DNA of 64,000 nucleotides, taken from contig CAVOXA010000001.1 in NCBI GenBank assembly GCA_963700285.1, positions 544,001-608,000 on the forward strand, written 5' to 3'. The notes below the pieces were generated by a model. The model was not told the DNA's origin and did not search any database. It worked only from the letters and a program-made list of their open reading frames with translations. The translations under genes were made by a program, and so were the position numbers. The stretch is from an uncultured Chloroflexia bacterium. GTDB lineage: Bacteria; Chloroflexota; Anaerolineae; JAAYZQ01. Positions 32,318-42,019 of the stretch are shown piece after piece; the first letter of the stretch is position 1; each line of letters begins with the position of its first letter.

Positions 32318-32533
32318 TGTGCGCCGGGCACAAGTATGGTATGATGGGACATCCTGCACGCGTACTCGGGTGCAGGGTGCCTTTGTTTTCGTGTTGAATC
32401 AGCCCTGAGGGCCGGAATATAAAGATGAGGAAGGAGGTGCCTGGCAAACAGTTGATTGTACTCAGTTCAGATCGTTGCAGGCGAACATGTAAGCCAATGA
32501 CTGAGATCTTGGTGATTTGGAGGAGATGAAGCG

Positions 32534-35015
32534 ATGAAGTGGAAAACTGGATTGATTGTGGTAGCGGCCTTGCTCCTTCTGGCCATCCCCGTGGCCCTGA
32601 CCGTGGGAGCTGCGCCAGAGAATGGCATCACATCCCCTGCTTCGGGGGAAGCCGTAAAGGGCGAGGTCTCCATTGAGGGGACTGCCACAGACCCAAATTT
32701 CTGGAAGTACGAGTTGCACTATGGCCCGGATCCCAACCCTGACGGCATGTGGTTGGACCTCTTGGCACCCCAGGGCTATGTTGATTTGGCTGTGGTTGAG
32801 GGGGAATTGGGCAAGTGGGATACCACCATGGTTGAGGATGGCATCTATATCCTCAAGCTGCGCGTGGTGCGCAACACAGGCCAGTACGATGACCTCCTGG
32901 TGGAGGGTGTCAAGGTGGCCAATGCTGGTGATGCAGTGCCTCCAGCTGACGAACCCGCTGACGCCGAGCCTGCAGACGCTGAGCCTGCAGCCGCTGAGCC
33001 TACAGCGGCTGCCACGGAAGAACCTGAGGCAGCCGAAGAGCCCGCGGCTCCCGTAGAGACGAAGGAACTGGAGGTTCCTTTTGAGGACATGTGGGCTGGC
33101 TCGCCGCACGCCGATGCCTCAGCCGAGGCTTTCCGCCACTGGGACGAGGACGATCCAGCCGTCGTGCCCGCAAGCTGTGCCAAGTGCCACAGCGAGGGCG
33201 GCTTCCAGGACTTTCTGGGAGCCGACGGCAGCGAGGCACGGGTTGTCGATAGCGATCACGACATCAATACCGTAGTTTCCTGCGTCGCCTGCCACAACGA
33301 TGCGACGGCGACCTGGGATACGGTGGTCTTCCCCTCCGGGGCCGAGATCACCGGCCTGGGGTCGGAGGCGCGCTGCATGGAATGCCACCAGGGCCGGGCT
33401 TCGACGGTCTCTGTTGACGAGGGCATCGCCGAGGCGGGCCTCGAGGACATGGACACCGTCAGCGAGGACCTGGGCTTCACCAACATCCACTACTTTGCTG
33501 CCGCCGCGACCATGTACGGCACGCTGGCCAAGGGCGGCTACCAGTACGAGGGCAAGACGTACGACGGCAAGTTCGACCACGTCGACGGCTTTAACACCTG
33601 CATCGATTGCCACAACCCCCACACGCTGGAGCTCAAGGTCGACGACTGCGCCGCATGCCACACCGAGCAGCGACTCCAAGGACATCCGCATGCAGGGTTC
33701 CCTGGTCGACTATGATGGCGACGGCGACATGGAGGAGGGCATCTACTACGAGGTCGAAGGCCTGCAGGAGATGCTCTACGAGGCCATGCAGGCCTACGGC
33801 GCTGAGGTAGCCGGGCACGCCCATCGTCTACGACTCGCACAGCTACCCCTACTTCTTTATCGACACCGATGCCGACGGCGAGGTAGACGAAGACGAGGCT
33901 GTTCTCGCCAACGCCTACAACGCCTGGACTGGCCGCCTGGCCAAGGCCGCCTACAACTACCAGACCTCCCTGAAGGACCCGGGCGCCTACGCCCACGGCG
34001 GCAAGTACATGATCCAGCTTCTGTACGATTCCATCGAGGATCTGAACGCGGCCCTGTCCGAGCCGGTCGACCTGTCGAGCGCCAACCGCATCGACCACGG
34101 CCACTTTGCCGGTTCCGAAGAGGCATTCCGACACTGGGATGAGGACGGTGCTGTGCAGGGTAGCTGTGCCAAGTGCCACTCGGCCGCGGGCCTGCCCTTC
34201 TTCCTGGCTGAAGGAGCCAATGTCACCCAGCCGATCTCCAACGGGCTGCAGTGTGCGTCCTGCCACAGCGACCTGGAGACCTACGCTATCCACGAAGTGG
34301 CGTCAGTAGAGTTCCCCAGCGGCGCTGAGGTCGACAGCGGTGACCCCAACACCAATCTGTGCATCAACTGCCACCAGGGCCGCGAGTCCACGGCCAGCGT
34401 CAACCGCAGGATCGGTGATGCTGCGGACAATGATGTGACAGAGGGCTTGGGCTTTGCCAACGTCCACTACTTTGCCGCCGGCGCCACGCTGTTCGGCGAT
34501 GAGGTACAGGGCGCCTACCAGTTCGACGGCAAAGAGTATGCAGGCAAGAACGCGCACGTCGCCCGGCTACGCCAACTGCACCGAGTGCCACAGCGCCCAC
34601 ATGCTGGAGGTCAAGACCGACGAGTGCAGCGACCTGCCACGCGGGCATCGAGGACGTAGCCGACATCCGCATGGACAGCACCGACTATGACGGCGATGGC
34701 GACACGAGCAGTGGAATGTCCGTCGAAGTCGACCAACATGGCCGATGCGCTGTACGCTGTCTCCAGGACTATGCGGCTAGCACCGAGGGTGTCAGCGGCA
34801 TCGAGTACGACGCCCATGCCTACCCCTACTTCTTTGACGAAGAGGGCGAGCGCTATGCCACCTGGACGCCGGCGCTGCTGCGAGGGGCCTACAACTACCA
34901 GTACGCCCAGAAGGATCCCGGCGCCTTTGCCCACAACCCCAAGTACGTCATCCAGGCGCTGTACGACAGCATGGAGCATCTGGGTTGTGACGTGAGTGGC
35001 ATGACTCGACCCTAA
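32534..35015 (+). CDS. secreted multiheme cytochrome c with duplicated pentaheme module (~10 CXXCH, frameshifted)
   Basis: Signal peptide, Ig-like N-domain, acidic linker, then two 'EAFRHWDED...SCAKCHS...CHQGR.S...N.HYFAA.AT' modules. Confidence 0.85.
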
Positions 35016-35416
35016 GTGGCCTGACCGACGTGGGCTTGTTTGGTCGAGCGGTGACCGGCTTGCTCCACAAAAGTTATGCTTGTGATGAAATCGCGCCCGG
35101 CAGGCCAGCCTGCTGGGCGCGTTGCTTGTTAAGGAGCGCTTGAGGCGTACTGGCAGGCGTCGAGTCAAGACAAGGCAAGCTCCAGGGCATTGGTAAGTGC
35201 TGCGTGCAACTCTGTGGAGGGCACAGTCGCGGTCTTACCTTTCGGGCCAGCCCCTGGGCTTCGACAGATTGACTTGTCGAGACGGCTGAGATGTGGTATG
35301 GTATGCACGTGTTCCCAACCATCCACCTTGCGAGAATGAACCTGCTTGCTTTCATAGGTATGGCTATGGCCGTCTGAGGACGTGGACCTATCTGTGGCCG
35401 ATAACGGGGGTAAGGG

Positions 35417-35900
35417 ATGAGCGACTCAGTAGAATCGAAAGAAGTCGGGACGCAGGATGGATCCGTCAGCCGTCGAGGCTTTCTCAAATACGGATTGTTG
35501 GGCTTCTCTGGGCTGGCAACGGCCGTTGGTGTCCTGACACCCGTCGTCGCCTATCTTTGGCCTCCGAAAGTGGGGGCCAGTGGATCAGGGGGGCGGGTGA
35601 CTGTGGCGTCAACGAAGGACCTGGCCCCGGGGGCGGGTGGGGTCTATTCGGTTGCCAACAAACCGGTGATGGTGATCCACACCGTCGACGATGAATATGT
35701 AGCCCTGTCAGCGACCTGCACGCATTTGGGCTGCATTCTCTTCTGGGATGTCGAACAGGCAGGTGATCGCTTGCCCGTGTCACGAAGCCTACTTTAACAC
35801 CACCGGTGCCGTGATCTCGGGACCGCCACCTTCTCCGCTTGAACCCTATCGGATCCAGGTTGAGGGGGACGAGATCGTTGTAGAGGGAGGCCAGGGCTAA
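35417..35900 (+). CDS. Rieske 2Fe-2S protein (TAT signal; frameshift ~35760)
   Basis: SRRGFLK; CTHLGC; 'CPCH' in the next frame; GPPP.PL. Confidence 0.9.
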
Positions 35901-36578
35901 TGGAAGCACAATCTCGCGTCAAGTGGTCGACACGGATAGGGGATTGGTTCGATGAACGTTTCGATGTCCGCATCCCCCTGCAAGCCTTTCTGAAAAAGCC
36001 GGTACCCAAGCACGCCATCAAATGGTACTTTTGTCTGGGTGGGATTACCTTCTCCCTATTCCTCATCCAGGGTGTTACGGGTATTCTGCTCTCCTTGTAC
36101 TACAGGCCAACGACAGAAGGGGCCTACGAGAGCATTCTGTTCATCATGAACAACGTTCGCTTTGGCTGGCTGATCCGCAGCATCCACTCCTGGTCCTCGA
36201 CCTTGATGATTGCCTTCTGTATAGGCGCACATGCTGCGAGTATTCATCACCGGTGCGTACAAGAACCCGCGCGAATTGAACTGGGTTGCCGGGGTCGCGC
36301 TCCTGTTGCTGACGCTGGCCTTTGGTTTCACAGGCTACCTGTTGCCCTGGGATCAGAAAGCGCTATGGGGGTCAACGGTGGGCAGCGAGATCCTGAGTGT
36401 CGTTCCGCTGATTGGTGGCTGGCTTCTCGGTCTGCTGCGCGCGGGTATGGAGATCACCGGCTTGACATTGACCCGCTTCTACGGGATCCACATGCTGGTT
36501 CTGCCTCTTCTGGCCTTCATCTTCCTGGCAGTCCACTTTATTATTATTCGTCGCCAGGGGATCTCGGGCCCTCTTTAG
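35900..36578 (+). CDS. cytochrome b/b6 N-terminal subunit (frameshift ~36225)
   Basis: LGGIT...[47 protein letters not shown]. Confidence 0.92.
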
Positions 36579-36602
36579 ACCGGTAACAAGGAGGCTACTG
36601 TC

Positions 36603-37076
36603 ATGGAGAATGGTGCAGAGCAAATGACCCAGCCCGGGAGCGAGCGACCACGCCGGTACAAACATCCCGAATACCGGGAAGAGGATACCATACCCTTCTT
36701 TCCCAACTATGTAATCCTCGAGGTCATCGTCAGCTTCCTTGTGCTGGCTCTCTTGATCGTGCTTGCCTCATTGCTGCCCGTCGGTTTGGAGGAAAAGGCG
36801 GATCCCTTCAGTACACCACAACACATCAAGCCAGAGTGGTATTTCCTGTGGATCTACCAGTTCATCAAGGTGCCGTCTCTCCTCATCGGCCCGGGTGTCT
36901 TGGCCGCGATGGCGGGCATCTTTATCCCGGCGATTGGTATCCTGCTCTTGTTCCTTCTGCCCTTTCTGGACCGCAGACCGGAGCGCCATCCGCGGGATCG
37001 AAAACTGGCCATGGTCATCGCTGGGTTGATCGTGATCTTTTTCGTCGCAATATCGATCTGGGGCTGGTACAGTTAG
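36603..37076 (+). CDS. cytochrome b C-terminal subunit (subunit IV-like)
   Basis: PFFPN, ADPFSTP.HIKPEWYFL, LPFLDR. Confidence 0.92.
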   Translation: MENGAEQMTQPGSERPRRYKHPEYREEDTIPFFPNYVILEVIVSFLVLALLIVLASLLPVGLEEKADPFSTPQHIKPEWYFLWIYQFIKVPSLLIGPGVLAAMAGIFIPAIGILLLFLLPFLDRRPERHPRDRKLAMVIAGLIVIFFVAISIWGWYS

Positions 37077-37088
37077 GGGGTGAGGACT

Positions 37089-38762
37089 ATGCGCATCATC
37101 CGGGTCATTCCAATGTTTGTGTTGCTTGTCCTCTTTCTGCTCGCCGGGACCTCGGCCTACGGCCTCCCGCTGTTGCAGATCCCGGCGGTTCCCCACCCGG
37201 TAGAGGGTCGGGACGATTGCTTGGCCTGCCACGACACGGGCCAGGTGGCTGCCTTCCCCGAGGATCATGAAGGCCGGGCAAATGAAACCTGCACCATGTG
37301 CCATGAGGCTCCCGAGGCTGGAGCCATGCCGCCGGTTCCCCACCCGATAGAGGGTCGAGATGATTGTTTGGTTTGTCACGACGAGGGCCAGTTGATGCCC
37401 TTTCCCTCAGACCACGAAGGTCGGCCTAATGAGGGCTGCCTCGACTGCCACGAGCTTGGCGAGGCCGAGGCGCCCCAGCCCACACCCGAACCCACGGCGA
37501 CGCTGCCACCGTCAGTCCAGGTCGTGCCTACCCCGATCCATGAGCCCGTCTTGTTCGAAGAGAATACCTGCGTCTCGTGCCACCGGGAACTAGGTGGGAA
37601 GCATGCCGAGATCACGACTGACTGGGAGGAGGGTATCCACGCCGCCCAGGGCGTAGGGTGTGTAAGCTGTCATGGCGGCGATCCAACGCAGGCGGACGCC
37701 GAGGCGTCGATGTCGCCCGAAGCCGGCTACTTGGGTCCCCTGCCCAAGGATCGTATCCCAGGCTTGTGTGGATCTTGCCACACGGACGTGGACTTGATGC
37801 GACCCTTTAATCTGCCGACCGATCAACTGGACCAGTACTGGCAGAGCCTGCACGGGCAGGCGCTCCTTGAGGGCGATGAAAACGTGGCGACCTGCTTTGA
37901 CTGTCATGACGGGCACAAGGTCCTAAAGACCTCGGACCCTGCATCCCAAGTGTACCCCAGCAACGAACCGGCGATGTGCGCGGGCTGCCACGGCGACGAC
38001 ATGATGATGGAACCCTATCACATTCCCACGGACCAATATGACCTTTACCAAATGAGCGTACATGGTGAGGCTTTGCTCCAGGAACAAAATCTGCGTGCGC
38101 CTACCTGTTCTACGTGTCATGGGACGCACGGCGCTGCACCACCGGGCTACCAGCAGGTGGCCAACGTGTGTGGCCAATGTCATACAGCCACGCAGGAATA
38201 CTATATGGAGGGAGCGCACCGAACCGGCATGACCGGGGAAGCCGCCCCACGCTGTGTCACCTGCCATGGCCGGTACGATGTCATGCCCGCCACGCGGGAG
38301 CTGTTTGTTGGCTCGGAGGAGCGGCATTGCGGCAGTTGCCACCCGTCCGACAGTGAGATTGGCGGGCAGGTGGAGGCGATGTACAACGCGCTGAAAGAAG
38401 CCGATGCGGTCTATGAGCAGGCAGAGGCTACCATTGCCCTTGGTGCTGAAAAACGGCTGATCATGGCTGAACAGGAGGAACTGCTCCAGAGGGCCAACAC
38501 ACCCCTGATCGAGTCCCGAGCCATGCAGCACACGGTCAACCTGGAGGAGGTTCAAGCCAAGGCTGAGGAGTCGTTGATGCTCAGCCGGGAGGCGACGGCC
38601 TCTGCTGAAGCAGCTTTGAAAGAGTTGGACACCCGTCGCCTGGGCATGATCATTGCGCTGGGCTTTATTCTCCTCACGATCGTGGCTCTGGTTCTCATCA
38701 AGCGCCAATTGGATCGGGATCTGCAGGCAGAGCGCGCACCAGCTCGTGACGACTCGGCCTAA
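37089..38762 (+). CDS. multiheme cytochrome c (13 CXXCH) with C-terminal TM anchor
   Basis: Signal peptide, two 'PHP.EGRDDCL.CH...DHEGR.NE.C..CH' repeats, 9 further hemes, coiled region, TM. Confidence 0.92.
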   Translation: MRIIRVIPMFVLLVLFLLAGTSAYGLPLLQIPAVPHPVEGRDDCLACHDTGQVAAFPEDHEGRANETCTMCHEAPEAGAMPPVPHPIEGRDDCLVCHDEGQLMPFPSDHEGRPNEGCLDCHELGEAEAPQPTPEPTATLPPSVQVVPTPIHEPVLFEENTCVSCHRELGGKHAEITTDWEEGIHAAQGVGCVSCHGGDPTQADAEASMSPEAGYLGPLPKDRIPGLCGSCHTDVDLMRPFNLPTDQLDQYWQSLHGQALLEGDENVATCFDCHDGHKVLKTSDPASQVYPSNEPAMCAGCHGDDMMMEPYHIPTDQYDLYQMSVHGEALLQEQNLRAPTCSTCHGTHGAAPPGYQQVANVCGQCHTATQEYYMEGAHRTGMTGEAAPRCVTCHGRYDVMPATRELFVGSEERHCGSCHPSDSEIGGQVEAMYNALKEADAVYEQAEATIALGAEKRLIMAEQEELLQRANTPLIESRAMQHTVNLEEVQAKAEESLMLSREATASAEAALKELDTRRLGMIIALGFILLTIVALVLIKRQLDRDLQAERAPARDDSA

Positions 38763-38964
38763 GAGCCTTTAGGCAGGGCACAGACAGTGCGAATGTGGGC
38801 ACTAGTGGGTTAGGAGCGCAGCTACAGAGCTGGCGCCAGTACAGGTCATAGCCGGGCGGGCCCGTCCAGCACCTGGACCGCTCCTTTGTGTTCGCGCGTG
38901 TGGCTGCGTCCTCGGTCTGCTCGCCCACCATCTGAGGCGATGCCACCCAGCCACAGCAGCGCAT

Positions 38965-39028
38965 TTGACACCGGAAGTACGGTATGTTATACTCTGGCCG
39001 ACTATGCTAGACTACTCAGGGCTGAGTA
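38965..39028 (+). promoter_or_regulatory. sigma70 promoter plus perfect palindromic operator (site 3)
   Basis: TTGACA 38965-38970, 17 bp, TG-n-TATACT 38988-38993; TACTCAG-GG-CTGAGTA 39013-39028. Confidence 0.82.
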
Positions 39029-39079
39029 ATTGAGGCGGTGGATTGCCGGGATAAGGTGATAGACTTGTCGCCGGCCCAT

Positions 39080-39108
39080 TTGACACGGTTTTCACCATCT
39101 AGTATAAT
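39080..39108 (+). promoter_or_regulatory. second, consensus sigma70 promoter
   Basis: TTGACA, 17 bp, TATAAT. Confidence 0.7.
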
Positions 39109-39165
39109 CCAGAGACAGAGTATTGCGATCAGAGACTGATCGCGTTGCTGCACTGGGAGGTGTAT

Positions 39166-41485
39166 GTGACTGATTCAATGGAGAGGAAGGTCGACTCGAC
39201 CGAGCAAGTGTCCGAGCCGGCGGAGAGCAAGACTGGCTCGACGGGGCTGCCGTCCGAGCCAAACGGCAAGAAGGGCGGGAACGGCAAGCGGGCTGTACGG
39301 CTGGGTGTGATTATCGGTGCGGCCTTTATCATTGGCTTCATCGTGTTTGGCGTCATCGCCATCATGGTCTGGGACTATTCCAACAGTGTAGCCTTCTGCG
39401 CCGATGCCTGTCACGATGTACACCCCGAAGAGATCCACGCCTTTAGGGACTCGTACCACGCCAACGTCAGGTGCACCGAGTGCCACATGGGCCGGGTAGG
39501 TACTCTCAACAACATTGTCCTCAAGGCCAGCCACGCTCGCCATCTGCCCGAAGTGATCTTTGACTCCTACGACCGCCCCCTGGAATCGGCGACGATGCGC
39601 CCCGCCAACGAGTCCTGCGAACTCTGCCACTTTCCTCCTGCTTTCCACGGCGATACCGTCCGGAAAGTCACGCGCTTTCAATCGGATGAGGAAAACACAG
39701 AGAAGGATACCTATCTGATCCTCAAGACCGGGGCGGGCACACGGAATGAGGGCCTGGGCTACGGCATTCATTGGCACATCACCAATCCTGTGGAGTATAT
39801 TGCCGGGGACGAGCACAAGCAGGACATCCGCTGGGTGCGGACGACGCTGCCTGACGGCCGGACCGTGGAGTACAGCGATGTCACCAACCCCCTGACACCG
39901 GAGGAGATCGAAGCCGCCGAAAAGAAGACCATGGACTGCGTCGATTGCCACAACCGCATGGGCCATCCCTTCCCCTCTCCAGAAGACTTGGTGGACCAGG
40001 CTTTGGCCGACGGGAGTCTGAGTTCAGATCTGCCCTATGCCAAGGAATCAATGCTGGACCTGCTCTCGGCCGACTATGAGACCCAGGAGGCGGCCCTGGA
40101 GGCTGCGGCTGCGACCAGGGAGCAGTACGAGGCTGCATACCCTGAGGCAGCGGCCGCTTACCCGGAGGAGATAGACCAGGCTCAGCAACTGGCTGAGGAA
40201 CTGATTAAACGATTGATATTTGAGGAGCCGGGCGTTACCTGGCAGTCCTTCCCGGACGACAACAAGCACAAGGACTTTCCCGGCTGCTTCCGCTGCCACG
40301 ACGGCAACCATGTGAGCGAAGAGGGTGAGTCGATCCGGCTGCAGTGCAATATCTGTCACAGTGTGCCAGCAACAGTGGAGGCGGGGGACCGTCCGCCACA
40401 GCTGCCGCTGGCCTACATCCAGGAGCCAGCGTCGCACCTGGAAACCAATTTCATGGCCGACCACCGCTTCCAGGCGAACGGTGACTGCGAGGAGTGCCAT
40501 GGCGAGATTGCCTTTGGCAGTGACGACTCCTCCTTCTGTGCCAACTCGTCCTGCCACGGAAAGGCCTGGCCGATGGTTGAGCTGGATGCTGCTTTTGAGC
40601 ACCCCATCGAGCTGGAGGGCAAGCATGCGGAGGTTTGGTGCCACGACTGCCACGAGGGGGTGCGGGAACCCGAATACGCATGTGCCAACTGCCACGAGGC
40701 ACCCCAGCCCCACTTTGGCGACCTGTGCGAGGACTGCCATACGCCGGCCGGCTTTGAGGGAGCGGACATGGGCAACTTTGAGCATCCCGTGCCCGCTGGA
40801 CGGCGCTCACGCCAACACTGGTTGTAGCGATTGTCATGTTGAGGGCCGGGAGCTGACCGGCTCCTGCGCCGACTGCCACCAGCCGCCCAGCGAGCCCCAC
40901 TTTGGGCCCAACTGCGAGGACTGCCACACGCCAACGGACTTTGCCGATGCAACTTTGCCAGCCGAGCTGCACCCGGTGGCGCTGGAGGGTGCCCACCTGA
41001 CTGCCTCCTGTGACGGATGCCATGTCGAGGGCCAGGAGATGCCCGAGTTTGTGTGCAGCAACTGCCACGAGCCACCCCAGGACCACTATGGCCTCAACTG
41101 TGAGGACTGCCACACGCCAACTAGCTTTACCGATGCCAGTCTGCCGGCGGGAATGCATCCAATTGCGCTGGAGGGCGCCCACGCGACGGCTAGCTGCGGT
41201 GCCTGTCACGTCGAAGGTCAGGAGATGCCCGAGTTTGTTTGTAGCAACTGCCACGAAGCGCCGGACAACCACCTGGCAGGTGAGTGCGAAACCTGTCACA
41301 AGCCTGAGGGCTTTGCCCGATCCGCTGCTCTCCTGGTGAATCTGGCGCCGCCGATCGAACACGATCTCTCTGGACGGGACAACTGCCTGGCATGCCACGA
41401 TCCAGAGGGACAGATCAAGCCTGCACCATCCAACCACATCGAGTATGAGAACGAGCAGTGCACCCTTTGTCATAAGGCTGAGTAA
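39166..41485 (+). CDS. NapC/NirT-like quinol dehydrogenase fused to a long multiheme tail (~20 CXXCH plus 2 atypical; frameshift ~40790)
   Basis: TM then 'YSNSVAFCADACH..H..E...S.HA.V.CTECH'; GIHWH; MDCVDCHNR.GH; GCFRCHDG; repeated HP..L.G.H triheme units. Confidence 0.88.
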
Positions 41486-41794
41486 ATGCTACTGACCTCT
41501 TATAAGCCCAATAGCTTTGACGGCTCCGTAGCCGATCCGGCCTATGCCGAGCCGCCGCTCAAGATCTCTGACGACGCAGGTCGCTACGAGCAAAAGCGGG
41601 GAGTGGAGGACGACTATGGTCAGCCGGGGATGCTTTACTGCCTGATGCCGCCCGATGAGCAGGAGCGCCTTGTTACCAACATCGCGGGTACTCTCAAGAA
41701 AGTGCCCAAGGAGATCCAGCAAAAGATGGTGGAACGTTTTACCATGGCTGCCCCGGCCTACGGAGCTGGTGTGGCAAAAGGACTGGGACTGTGA
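41486..41794 (+). pseudogene. C-terminal fragment of a monofunctional heme catalase
   Basis: Y.PNSF...EPPL.I..DA.RY...DDY.QPG.LY.LM...EQERLV.NIA..L..VP.EIQ...YG.GVAK.LG; no N-terminal heme domain upstream. Confidence 0.75.
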
Positions 41795-42019
41795 CGTAAG
41801 TAGGCGGCGCTAGTCAGGTTCCGGCAGGGGTATCACGCCTGCCGCGATCGGGACGCCAGGTATCTTTTCGATGCCTGGTGTCTTTTTGTGTGTAGCCGAT
41901 GGCCTGCCAATAGGGCGTACCGGTCCCAAGCCTTTTTCACCAGGAGAATACTACAGCGGATTTCGTCTGTCTCAAAAAGTGTGGTAAGATGGGATCCTCA
42001 TGACCTCCTGGAGAGAACC

